Shown here: one piece after another, positions 1 through 12,100 of the stretch
Layout: every line of letters begins with the position of its first letter
Position numbering within the stretch: position 1 is the stretch's first letter
Assembly (NCBI GenBank): GCA_036172245.1
Contig: JAYWIR010000025.1
Coordinates: 558,001 to 622,000, forward strand
From: Raillietiella orientalis
Taxonomy: Eukaryota
Length of the DNA stretch: 64,000 nt
Direction of reading: 5' to 3'
Made by a program: the position numbers and the translations under genes
Notes under the pieces: generated by a model
The model's database searches: none
The model's input: the letters and a program-made list of their open reading frames with translations, nothing else
What the model was told of the DNA's origin: nothing

Positions 1-499
1 AAATAACGTCCTTTTTTCCGGTTCAACCCACAGTGCTCGACAGAGTTTCATGATTTTTTAGGTTTTTTTTTTTTTTTTTTTTTTCAGACGATAAACAATA
101 ATAACTGACCAGTAATCATGGTATTCATATCCCCGCGGTGGCTTTTACCAAAGTTTGATGATGTACACTTTTGTAAATTATTTACAATAAAATATTTTAA
201 ATATGGTGCTTTTTGTTTGTGTGTTTTTATTGATTGCAGCTATTCAGCATTGTGTGTTGTGCGGTTTATATCTGGGTTGTTTCTGATGGCTTCTAAGGCC
301 CCTCCTCATCTAAAGAATTCAGCTAATTTGATGCTGCAATTTTATGGCCCCCAATTCCTGTTGTGCTCCCTTTCTCCAATCTGATTTCATAGCCGAATCT
401 TCTCGTATTTTATACTCTTGGGTAGCTCGATGGATCGACGTAGCCATCCGAATCCCACGCATCATTTGCTAGTGGCGGAATAGAGATGTTTTCTAATTC

Positions 500-900
500 A
501 AAAGATTCGTTTGAAAACAAACATTCTCCACGACTCCGTTCGCGATCAACAGTTTGATGACGATGCGTTGCTAAGACAAGCAAAGTAATGTAATTGAGGT
601 TGCCGATTTCGTATCACATCATTCTTCCGTGTACCTCATACTCATAATCACTCATACTCTGTGCAGCTAGCATGACAGCCATGTGCAATTACTCTGATCC
701 AAGCTGCACACATCTTCCATAACGGGACACGTACCAACTGAGATCGGAAATGGAGGAACACACTATCTTTTGAAGTATCCCTTAAAGCATGCCGCTACTG
801 CCCAGCTGATGGCCACTTGAATAGCCATCGCTCACCGGCGGACATGTTTTGCTTCCCACTAGTCATTTAGTCCTGCGAGCGCAGAAAAAAATGCATCTTC
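500..900 (+). mobile_element. Decayed non-LTR retrotransposon ORF1 fragment (RRM-like + CCHC knuckle)
   Basis: Frameshifted pieces FDDDALLRQ.. / GHVPTEIGNGGTHYLLKYP / CRYCPADGHLNSHR (CX2CX4HX4C with the last Cys changed to Arg). Boundaries approximate. Confidence 0.5.
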
Positions 901-1889
901 CGTCCTTAGTTGACTTCTTCCTGGCACCCACCCCAAATTCAACACTTATTTTTTTGTCTCCTGCATCATCTTATGATGGGACTGCATTAGCGCCACCTTC
1001 CGGACTGATCGGTGTTTACCTCCCTCATTTTCCCAAACGTGTTGTCACTTCTACGAATTCATTTTCAGCAGAAATATCTTCTTCCTAGGCTACATGTCCC
1101 GTCGAAGATCATCATTGTGAACCCTTCTCTTCCAAGTTCCCCCTATTGCACCGTTTTTTGACCAGAAAACCCAACCGTCCTTCGAGAGAGCACGCGACAA
1201 GAGTCTGGACCCCATCAGCTTCCGTTCCATGCAGTGCTTCCGTCCTATTTCCTTAGTATGGATGGAAGAAACGCCTTGAGAAAGGTCACTCGTCTGCTCC
1301 AATAGTTGGCGCTTACGCATGACCTGTGAATCACTGATTGTTATCCGATCGTTGAGGTCGTGTGGATCCTTGCCATCGTAGCCTCCAGTTCCTGTACGTG
1401 GTGGAACGGCCCCTCTTCCACCTGGATGACTTCGCCTGAACCCCTTCGTGGGCTACCTTTGTGTCGCTACCCCCAACTGTTGGTCGGAACTGTCGGATGA
1501 CCTGCTTCTCCTACTTCCCATGTCCATCTAGGGGGCGGCGCTAGAGAACTTCTTCGAGCTGATCTGCCGGGAAGCAGCCTGGAGCGTGAACAGGGAGAAG
1601 TCTAAGGTCGTCCTTGTGAGAGCGGCGTATGAAGAACGGTCGAACCGAATTCGGATAGGAACCCCCATGGACAGTACTTCGAGTACCTTGGCATTTCATT
1701 GGGCGACCTCTGCGTCCCAGAATCGTGGTCCGACTGCCTACAAAAAGTGGCGTCGAAGTGGCTCTTGGCCCGTTTCTCGATGTCTTGGTCTTGCCGGTGC
1801 GGACCACCATCTGGAACATCTTTGCTGCCCCCTCCTCTGACCCTTGTTTTTTGGTTGCCCACCCCCGTATTCGACAGAGATCCAGGCGC

Positions 1890-2330
1890 AGAGTCTCCTA
1901 AGGAAAGTCCTTTGGAGCGCTGCGAGGTTCCGGATTCGTTCGAAAGACGTGGGGATGCCGCATCAGGATGAAGGCTGGGGCATCCTGAACGCTGGAAAAA
2001 CTCAGACCTCTGGTGCCGTTCCCAATGTTGGCACCGGGTCCCAAATTATGGACTTCACCTTGGTGTACGCCTGCACGCCTCATCCTCCTGCGGTGCGTCA
2101 GTAGCAGCGAAGGACCCTCATCGTTGCTGTCGCACTCACTATACAGGATGTGGGGATTCGGATTCCCGTTGAGGCTCCCTATGGGAAACCCGTCCTTGGA
2201 TCTCTTGCCTCCCAATGAATTACAGGAGGAGATTATGACCTGCGCTTCCACATTTTCAATCAGTCCAGAAATAATCCGCTTCCTGCGCTCTCTCCACAGC
2301 CTTCCTCTGGAAACGCTTCGGGAATAGACG
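1890..2330 (-). mobile_element. Decayed non-LTR ORF1 (RRM-like) fragment
   Basis: Broken pieces QAYTKVKSIIWDP / NIGNGTRGLSFSSVQDAPAFI resemble the LINE ORF1 YGxVxxI..NGxR..IPxxI pattern; many stops and frameshifts. Confidence 0.35.
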
Positions 2331-2629
2331 AAGTCTCCTCGCCTGGCCTCCGTGCCGCGGCGCTAGCTGCCCTATCGGCAAGCAACGACGAGGGTGAGAG
2401 TTCTTCCACACCATTGCAGAAAGGACCAAAATCCTGAGAGGCTGGAAGGCGTGCGAGCTGGTGGACACCGCCGCACCTCGTTCCCAGGCGAAGGGGCTGC
2501 TTCAGTGGGGTGAGCTGCTGGGCATGCCACCCAAAGAACTCGCTGTCCCCCCTTCGTTCCTGAACGCCTCTCTGTTCCCCTTGAGGTGGAAAGAGGATGT
2601 CCTGCTGTTTCTGTACTGAGGTTTTCAGT

Positions 2630-3190
2630 GCAACCAACACCGGCTGGTGTACGGAGTTGCAGCATCCTCAGACTGCATAAGGTGAGGACGATCGAATCCT
2701 TTCCACATCTGCTTTTGGACTGCATTGCTGTCGAGGAACTTTGGCGGAGGTTCGATTCAGCACTTCTCCGCTGTGAGCACACTGCCAAGGACATGTTGCA
2801 GCGATTCTTCGCGAGAGGCGAAGTCTCGACAGGCGTCGTGATTGCGACGAGACGTTACATCTGCGCCACCGTCACAGCTGGCCATTTCTCTGGAGTCTGG
2901 AGAGCAGCGGAGGGAAATTACCAGCATTGCAGAGGACGGCTGCGAGTTGGCCTTACCTGGAAGAAGTCGTGTCGGAGATCGCCGGCATTCTGGGCCGCTA
3001 CTGATCAGGAAGAAGCAACTCAAATCAAAGAAAAGTCCTCTGTCTCCATCCTCCCTCTATTTCTTTATTTATTGTACCCTTCCCTTCGGCATCGGGCTGC
3101 CTCAGCAAAGAACCCACGTGTCGGTGAACCCTCCCTATGAACTTTGTCGTTGTTTGTCTCCCGGGTGCGGCGGGGCATTTATTCTTAAAC
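2630..3190 (+). mobile_element. 3' end of L1/Tx1-like non-LTR element (RT-associated zinc-finger region + 3'UTR)
   Basis: ESFPHLLLDCIAVEELWRRFDSALL..TAKDMLQRFF fits the zf-RVT-type E.xxHLLxxC..LW pattern; followed by an AT-rich tail and a CCCTTCCCT motif. Confidence 0.7.
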
Positions 3191-3229
3191 TATCCAGGAA
3201 CCGAGTTCCCGGACAATGGACACAGAAGA

Positions 3230-3770
3230 AACGAGGGGGGATCCCCGACACGCAGGTCAGTAGACCGAAAGTCCGGAACGGGAGGGAAGGGACCACAAAT
3301 ACACATATAAAAAATAGAAATAAAGATATGGCGAGGGTAGGGGACAGGAGTCTTTGGTGCGGCCGTTCCATTCTTTCAGAACCGGCTATGGATGCCGGTG
3401 ATCTCGCTCCTCACGTCTTCCGGAAGATGATGCCAACCGGCAGCCGACGTCATGTTCTCGCCGGCTATTCCGGTGGCCTGACGACGAATCGCCAGCTTCT
3501 CTAGCTCTCGGTGGGCCATGTCGATGGCGCGGGTGCAACAGTCCGTAGGTGCTGACCTAAGGGCAGGCCGCCTGGCGTGAAGAAGCGGCGCATCAAGTCT
3601 CTCGCGGTGTCCCCCTGGTGCAGGAGAGCTGAGGCCAGCCTCCGCCACAGTCCTAGGAGGGCACCGCAGTCCAGGAGCAGATGCGGGAACGTCTCCACTT
3701 CCCCGCACCGTTTACAGTTCGGGGAGACAACTCCCCCGGAAACAAACTTTGTCGTTGTGGTGGTTGTTTC
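3230..3770 (-). mobile_element. 3' end of a related L1/Tx1-like non-LTR element, opposite orientation
   Basis: PNCKRCGEVETFPHLLLDCGALLGLWRRLASALL..TARDLMRRFF has an intact CxxC..H..C finger, is paralogous to the 2630-3190 piece and has a similar tail motif. Confidence 0.75.
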
Positions 3771-4169
3771 GGGAACGGTGTTCCTAACTTGTATGTTCAC
3801 CTTTGTAAAATAAACTCCCTGCCATCACCGGCTGAAAAACTGTTGGTCGGAACTCAACTTTTTCATTGCGACCAACGAAAAATGGGGTCTTCTGTAAATG
3901 GCATGCCAATCTTCTGTTAGCTAAAAAGGCGCGATAAAAGTTGGTTTCATTTCGTTTTCCAGATTTTTTCTTGAGGCGTTTGTTGAGGTTCCACAAAGCA
4001 CATGACCGCAGCGAGTGCGTTGCAGATGCATCACTTTGTGATTTAAGTCTTCGGAAGGATTTTCGATTTCCAAAGAGGATTTCAGACACGTTTCCCAGGA
4101 ATTGAACGGTGGATTTGCAAACGTGGATGGGAATGGTTCCCTCACCTTCAGCTCCGAGAAGCATCCCCC

Positions 4170-4560
4170 AAACATCCTTAGGAGATATTTCATTCTCAAT
4201 CATTGCTTGCATCTTAGCTTGCTGTGGTGCATCTCGTCTCGTTCGCGAGGGACCACGTCACGTTTCTTCCACGCCTGCGGGATGGCAAGAAATCCACTTC
4301 CGCGATGGGCTAGAGAAATCATTCGGCAGCTTCGTCATGCCATTCAGCTGATGAGATTTCTGGAAAACACTTACGAGAAGATGTAATGGCAATGGCATTG
4401 ATGGGGTCATTTAAGGAAATATATATATAAATAAATGAAAAATTGGCACCAACAGCGAGACCACATATCGCCATCTTCTATGCGTTGTTTTACACAGACT
4501 GCAAATTTTCTTGAGGTTGGCAACTGGCGGTTGTGTTTGTGCCCACTGCAAGCTGGGACT
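4170..4560. mobile_element. Two further highly decayed RT-C-terminal zinc-finger relics (+ ~4170-4390; - ~4430-4560)
   Basis: + strand EIFH/ILNHCLHLSLLW (frameshifted); - strand PPVANLKKICSLCKTTH. Weak motif-level support only. Confidence 0.3.
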
Positions 4561-6599
4561 TGGACAACCACAATGCTCGAGGCTGCTTCTCTCTTTCGGT
4601 TTATGCGGTGACAAGAGTTTCTGATGGCTGCTGTTTCTTCCTGACGAGTAAGGAAGGAACGAGCGGCGGCAGGTTTCGTCTGGTGCAGTGGAAGAACGCT
4701 GTTGTTTTCTCACGGGTACGGGATGCTCCGCCGATACTCCAAATCCCTGTGGACTGCTAGGTTTCCTCTCTGTTCCTCCGCAGAAAGACAACAACACTGT
4801 TACGTCTTCACTTTGGAAACCTTGCCAGTCGTCGCATTCGAACTCGAAGATTCAAATTTTCTCCTGACCTGTCGAGCCCTAGAGATCTATATCATGTTTC
4901 TTCTTCTTCGATTCCCCCCTTTCTCGTGTTGCTTAGCTAGCTCGGCGGCGGTCTTCTTGCGGTCAGCGGACCCCGTGCAGCCAAACGGATGCCCCCAGCT
5001 GAGACCGAGCGTATAAAGTCTCGCGTGTCGTCATTGAAGCGAGTCTGGTTGAGGAGAATAACAAAAACATTCGAAAAATACGTCCGTGGCACAGGTTGCC
5101 GTCCAGGCGATTTGAAAATCCAATTTTTTTTTCTTTGTCTCAAAGCGACCCGAATTTCCAGGACAGCACTGATTGGTGATTGCATTGACAACTTTTAAAA
5201 CAGTAAGAGCAGTCATTACGGACAAGGATACTACTCTCTATCGGGAACATAATGTAATTTAAAAAATGGTTACAAAAAAATTATGCATTCACGTCCACGT
5301 GTGCGTATATACATTTATTCCTATACAAACATCTTCAAACAAATAAAAACATATAAACAGATTTATTTGTGTAGACGATTGATGTTTTTTGTAACCCATT
5401 CGCTTCTCCTATTTCGTTTTTTAGAGATGATTTTTCCAGAGTGAATTCTTTCCTCTGTCTCCGATAACAAATATGTGAAGTATGTAGTTATTTACGCCCT
5501 GGCAACAAGTAACCGTGTCTGTGCATCGGTGCATCGGCTTGGAAGCACTCAAACGTGGGAGATAGAAAGCAGTTGATAAGAATGACGTGAGGGATGGGAG
5601 TCAAACTGCGTCCGGTTGCTACGAAAAGGTGGACCGCTCTGGACGATGTGCCATCCTGCTGCTTTCGTGGGAGCTGCTAAGAGTTCTGGGTGCCCGCAGT
5701 CGCGTTTTTTGCGCAGTTGTCATCCTCGCCGTCGTCGTCGCCACCGCCGCCGTCATAAGCGCTCTGTTTCAAGTCTCCGAGCACTGGCAGACACCATCAT
5801 CTTTTGGACACCATCGGAGATTTTTTTTTTTTTCTTTTGGGTCATTTCCGATGGAACATTCACACTCTCTCATCTGCGTTCTGGATGCGCCTTCCGCGCG
5901 TCCGAAGAAGAGAAATTCCGCATCCTCGAAACGGGCTTTTCCCCAAGCGTGGCATCTTTGATGTCCGATGCATCACCCAAGCGGACCGTTCGTCGCTTCT
6001 TCCTTCGGCTGCTCACAATTCACTTTCTCTCTCTCTCTCTTGTGATCTATGAGACCATGTCCAGACTCAACCAGGCTCCGGAAGCGAAACGGGGAAGGGG
6101 AGTTGACTTCCGGGTGCACTTCGGCGATCGGGAATACGCGGGAGATCAGTGACAGCTCGTGCGCGTTTCTCATTTCCTCATTCGTCTGAAGCTCTCTGTC
6201 TTCCAGCCTCCATCCTTCCTTGGTCCTCGAGGCTTCTGCTGAGGATGGAAAGGGTGGGCGTTCCTCCGTCTTGTCCGGCAGCTCTCGATCGTGCCGAAGG
6301 ATGCCAGCTGTGGTGGACTGCAGCGCAGGCGCTTTTCCTTAGAATGCGGATGGAAGGAAAGGGAGGGGAGGGATGTTCGCAGAGGATGTTGTCTGAGAAG
6401 AAAATCCCTTCGTCCTTGAAGGGCAGAAGCAGCCCGGGAGGACGGGAGAATCTGGAGGAGCAGACTAGGGAGAGGTGCGCAAACCCTGCCAAGAGATGCC
6501 GACAGTGTTCTGGAGCAGGGACGGAACTTTCCGGGAAGCGCGCTGGTCGGGCGCCAGCAGGTTGTACGATCAGGAGCACCGCCACTCGCTTCAGTCAAC

Positions 6600-7420
6600 A
6601 GCGAGCCTCTGTTCGACCGGGGACGTGCTGTGACGTGGGAGAAGCTCCGTGGATGCCCGCCTCCCCTCAAGAGTTCTTCACTGAGTCCGGCAGCTCTTTG
6701 CCGCTCCAGAACCGACGGCAGGGCCAGCTGCTGGGACACCCCCTTTCCGACGAAACAGAAGAACCCTCGTGTGTGTGTGGTCGCCTCTCGTCGCTGAGAA
6801 CCGTTCCAAGAGGTGGCCTCTGGGCGCCGTCTCCCCAAGTGGGCTCCGGAAATGAGACACACGGAATAGTATTTCAAGGGCTCTGCCATCTCGTGGAGAA
6901 TGCGTTCGGGAGACTCAGAGCGGGCTCCGTGTGGAGCTACCGAAGAGAAACCAACTCGTTGCACCAGCAGGCAGGAGCAGGCGGAGATGCTTAGCGGAAG
7001 GGCGTTTGGCACTGCGATTTCCAGAACAGAGAAAGGAGGGTTGCCCAGAGACGGCCGTCCTGTGAGGGCCTCTGTTTAGTGGTTCTGGCTGTTTCTGTTC
7101 TTTGACCGGACAGTTCACATAACAGAGAAAAGTTCGATAGGAATCTGGAGCCGTGAGGACGAGACCAGGAAAAGGTTGGCAACCGCTGGCTTCTCTCGTG
7201 CCGTCGTCATTTTGTGACCATCCGTCAGGATTTCTGTTCATGGACAGAATCGTGGATGGCCACCTTCGGTAAGGAAAGGGACTCAAACGTAACGTTGAAA
7301 TCGAAAAATTGTCCGCCATTCTTTGAGCACTGGACTTGCGAATGCACGAGTGACTGGTTAACAGGCGGAGTCCTTCGGAGTGCTGCCATCTGCACAAAAT
7401 ATGCCGAACCGGGAGGATGG
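6600..7420 (-). mobile_element. Possible decayed non-LTR ORF1
   Basis: VQCSKNGGQFFDFNVTFES resembles the ORF1 N-terminal FDVTF motif; a degenerate GHPRSFS knuckle lies downstream. Confidence 0.3.
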
Positions 7421-8099
7421 CATGGATTCGTATCCACCTAGGAAATTCGAGGTTTTCTTCTCCTTCTTCCTCTCCTGGTCAGGAGAGGAGACGCAAGACG
7501 GGAGGATCACCCTTCATTTCACAGACTTATACCCCATTTGAAGAGAACAAGATGCTGGACGGTGAGTGTCCTCCCTCCATCTACCGGAACTTTTCAAAGC
7601 TGCTTCCGTTCCCGGTGTTCTCCGGATGCCTCCGGATGCCACCAGATGGCACCTTCTCTCACGAGTGCTGTGGGAGCCCATCGTTTCCGGTTTTACCAGG
7701 AGCTCCGAGGAAGACAGGTCATGGAGGCAGGGGAGGGGGTGGACGACCTCCTCCTCCCAGTGCGCCGTCCCGAGAGAGTCTCCCTGCAGGAAACCTCCCC
7801 GGGACCACGCGGTCCCTTTTCGTCCCGACGGAACCCGCGGAAAGGAAGGAAGACGAACGAGGGATGGGGCGGAGGGGGCGCTGAGATGGGTAGGAGGGGG
7901 AGATACTTTCAAAGCAGTGGTTCTTCTGCTTTACCCCCGCTCCGTCCACGCGCTCTGCCAGCTGATCGCCTCCTCCGGAGCTTCCGTCCTGCAACGCGCG
8001 CCGGAAGCGCGAGGGAATGGATCTCCCGATCACCTCGAGCGCCAATGCCACCCTCGAGAAGGGAACACCGCATGGGGCGACGGATGCAACATGAACCCA

Positions 8100-9129
8100 A
8101 TTCCGCTGGCGTGACCTTCGGCGTGACCCCGAGCTCCCCAGTCGACCCTTTCGCTCTGTAAGTTGCCTTCCCGGAAGAAAGAAGAGAACAAAAAAGAAAA
8201 TGTCCCCGACGAAAAAGAAGGGATGGAGGGGGGGGGGGAGGTAGTGCTGCCATCTCTCTCCATATATATCCTGGCGCGCTGTCTCGGTGGCCATGGGCGA
8301 AAGTGCTGCCACGTGCCGGGGCGGAGGAGCATCGCACTGCCTGCCTGCAGGAGGAGAGCGCGCAGAGCGGTGGAGAGGACGGGAAGGGAGAGGGGAGGAA
8401 CGACGCTGGCTGGACCAGGAAGATGAGGAGGCGATGAGCAATGCAGGGTCGGGTTGTGCAAAGGGAGGAGGAGAGGAACCGAAGGCCGGAAAAGGGACGC
8501 CCAGTTCCCACGCATGACTCCGGAGAAGTGCGCAGCGCCTCCTCTCGGCAAGGCGCGGAAGCAACAGCTGGTGATCCGGAAGCGGAGGACGACGAGGGAG
8601 GTCCCGGGGAACCTCGAGAGGGCGACTTCCCCTTCGAGGGACTGAGAAGGCGTCCCGATAAGAAGGGACCGCTCCCCCTCCATCTCTTCCCCCCTCCAAA
8701 AGCAATCTCTCGTCCCTCGCTGACCACCCTCGTTCCTTCTGCTTCTATTCCCTGCTCCCCACTCTGGCGGCGGCTCAGCTGGCGCTCGAGGGAAGGGGAG
8801 GAAACTGAGCGGCAAGATGGGCGCGCACGGCCATCGTCCGCGAGTCTGCTGCCCAGCGGCCGCTCACGTGGACGTCGTCAGTCTCTACTGTCAAGAGCGG
8901 CCACGGGAGGGGGGGGGAGGGGAAGGAGGAGGGCGGCGGTCTTCCTCGCAAATTCCTCAAAACAGACCCCCGCAGAGGCGGCTGGGCTCCCCGTCTCGGC
9001 GGCCGCCGCCTCCGCCACCTCCCGCGCGCTTTCTCGCGGCCGCGGCGGGAAGCAGCAGCCCGGCATCGGCGCGGAGGGCTTCGTCAGTACGCGCGGACGT
9101 GCAGGCGGCTGTGGGCGGCTCGCCGGAGG
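8100..9129 (+). promoter_or_regulatory. GC/CpG-rich putative promoter and 5'UTR region of PTK7
   Basis: Very high GC and CpG density with GCC/GGC runs immediately upstream of the inferred ATG; TSS not determined. Confidence 0.45.
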
Positions 9130-9163
9130 ATGGCGGCGGCGCTTCGGAGCGCGGTGATCTCCG
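9130..9163 (+). CDS. PTK7: PTK7 exon 1 (start of signal peptide MAAALRSAVIS)
   Basis: ATG in good context (gaggATGG). Phase-1 donor G|GTAAGG at 9164 joins in frame to exon 2 and completes a hydrophobic signal peptide. Confidence 0.75.
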
Positions 9164-12100
9164 GTAAGGAGGGGTCCTTCCTCGAGGCGGTGGGGGAGGG
9201 GGGGGGGGAAAGGTTCCGTCGCTCGATGGGTTTCCCCACGAACCGCTTCGTCCCTCCTTCTGGAGGGTGAGAAGGAGGGGCGCGTATGCTTCCCTTGCCG
9301 GTAGCCAGCCCCCCTGGTCCCCGGCCCACGTTTCATTGCGCGAAACGTGGCAAGGGGTAGACCCCTGCTCTCGAGCGGGGGCACGTGCTCGAGAGTCAAG
9401 CAGAACCCCCGCGGGAAGGAAGGGGAAGAACCGGGATGCGACGGAAGATCTCTCCCTCCTGCCTTCCTGTCCAGTCCTTTTCCAGGAGTTCCAGGAGACG
9501 CTTCCTTCCCGTTAATCATCCGAGCGACTCCCGGAGAAAGGAAGAAAGGGGGACGGAGGTCTGGGGAGAAGGGGGAGGATTTCAGGGGTGGCATTCGACC
9601 GTGGGGAGTTCCAGCTTTCCTCTCTTCTCCCCTCTCTTCTCCTGGCTCTGAACTCCACGCGCCTACGCAAGCTCCCGGAGGAGTTTTCCGGTCGGAGGGA
9701 CCTCGTAGGGGTCCGCGGGGCGCCAATGGCACCGAACTTTTACAGCGGTTTCTCAGGTTTCGCCCCCGTCTCTCTCTTACCCGCCCCCCCCCCCCCTCTC
9801 GCCCTTCCCGGAGCGCACTCTCTCGCAAGCGACGGGGCGTTATTTCGGGGAATGGGAATGGGGAGAGGGGGGGAATCCCTCGCAGCCCCAGACTTCGGGA
9901 AGCCCGAGTAGCGACCGTAACATTCCTGGTTTGTTGCCCTTCGCTGCGCTTGGGAGCGCCGCCGTAAACTGCATCTCTTCTTCGTGGGCAGTGGGGCTCC
10001 TCTGTCGAACGAAGGAGTGGGGCGGGAATGATCTCTCAAAAACAGGAAAGTCTTCCTACGGGAAAGAGGATGGGTTTCCGCGAGCGGGATATGCGTCCGC
10101 AGAAGCTGGAGGCGCGGGGAAGCAAGTGGCCTCAGGGGTGGATGACTCCGACCCGAAAGCAGCGAATATGCAGCTCCGCAGGCGTCTTCTGGCTCCCGAA
10201 TGCTCGTTTCTTGCTTGCTGTTCCCGGTTTAGGAAGCGGACAGCGGGAAGACGTTCGGTCCGTGCAAGAAACCCCGTGCATTCTCCACCCTCCTCACGGA
10301 GAATGCTTTCGCGGATGACCACTGGGCGAATCGAAGGTGGCCTAGCGAAGCAGACTAGAGGCAAATGCCGGAGCATCTCCCGTTTTGTCCCAGGTTCCTT
10401 GAGGAATCGCTCACCTGAGGAACGGTCGCATTGGGTACGAACACGGAATCGATTTCCATAATTTTTGTAATGACTCGTTTTTCCGGAAGAAAGCGGGAGG
10501 TGGTTATGATCTTCCGGCACACCTCTAGGTCAACAGAAGCAAATGCATACCGAAGCGTGTGTCATGTTTAACGTGAAACATGGAGAAGCGTAGCGGGCTG
10601 CACGTTTCTTTGTTTCGGGACTGACACCCCTGCAGGAAGTGAGGCAGATCGCATTGTTGGCGTCCATCGGAAGCCCCTCCTGCGTACCCCGGTTGAATCG
10701 GCAGCGTTCCCTCGTTGTTTGCATAAGAGGATTTTCTCCCGAATTTATCTTCGAGATCGGGAAGCCTATTTAGTTTTTATGTCTTGCGTTGAATGGATAC
10801 AGTTTATCAGTTCTGTGCATCAGAACGGCATCTCCCCACTCTGGAAAAGCTACAGTTTCGTCGATTTTTTTTATTGCCCACACCCTCATACGTGTCCAGC
10901 GTGCATGTGCAACTGGGGAGTGAGTATCTTTTGAAATTCAAGTCGAACCCTCTGGCTTCGGGTACTTGCTTCTGGCTGCTTATCGCATGGATGAGTCGTA
11001 CTTGATGCACACACGTACTTGTGGGTGTTTTGCGATGTTTATACAGCACCCTGATTGTTGTTCCGTTTCCCCTGATAAGGATATTCATAGTGTCCCTTTT
11101 TTTTTTTTTTTTTTTTCCTTTCTCTCTCCTAGGTATTATACTGTTCAGTATTCGCTGCCAGGACACTTTTTACTTCACCGTGCATCCCAGAGACCAAACT
11201 GTGGTCGCCGGTCAAAGCGTGGATCTGTACTGCATGGTATCTGATTTACAAAACATCGTCTTTTACTGGCAGCTGAACGGAGAAACCGTCGTGGATTCCA
11301 TCCGCCGCTACCAGGAGGGCAGCACTTTGCACATATCCCGTGTGGATCGAGTGGATGACCACGGCGAATTCACGTGCATTGCCATGAATCGGACAACCGG
11401 CTTCTCCATGACCAGCGACACTGCCACGCTGACCATACAATGTAAGTATTTTTTCAGTTTTTTTTTTTCCTGCGTTGGGTTTGGTCCGACCCCCACGACC
11501 CCGGTGCTTTTCGTATCCAATTCCAAGCGTTTGCTCTGTTTGTTCGTTTGGCAACCCTTCAGCCACCTCCGTGCACTCTTCTGGTTTGTTTCTTCGGCAT
11601 CCGCTCCACCGAAGCGCTTCCCTGATCCGAAGGACTCCGATTCCCTTTTGCAATCGCTCCCAGTGTCCTGGAAATGAATTCGTAAGGTTCGCGAAAATTC
11701 CGGCCTCTCATTTCGTTGATGTTCCCCTCCTTTCCCCAACTTCCACTGTTTTCTTCTGACCCGCGAAGAACGTATTTCGCTTTCAGTTCCAACAAGCCCC
11801 TGACGTCGATGTGGTTCTCCACAAACGCTAGCGGCCCACGTGCTTATTCTCACACGTCTTGCAGCAACTTGCTGGAGTCTCGTGTTCACTTGGCTTTTGA
11901 AGTAGGTCCCATCTATTCGACAGTGTTTCAAAAGCAAGCTGCCCCGAAGTCCACACACGGCGATGGCAGCACCAAAGTCTATCGTTGAAAGTGTGGCGGC
12001 CAAATGTGTTTATCCTTTCGTAGAAACGTTTTCTGCCTGTTGATTCGCTATCGATTCTTTTCGACCGTAGGGGCATTTTCATTCTGGGGCCTGGGTTTCC

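Noticed and set aside
7719..9967. Overlapping 200-330 aa ORFs around the PTK7 promoter
   Set aside because: Stop-codon depletion in GC-rich DNA; no recognisable protein.
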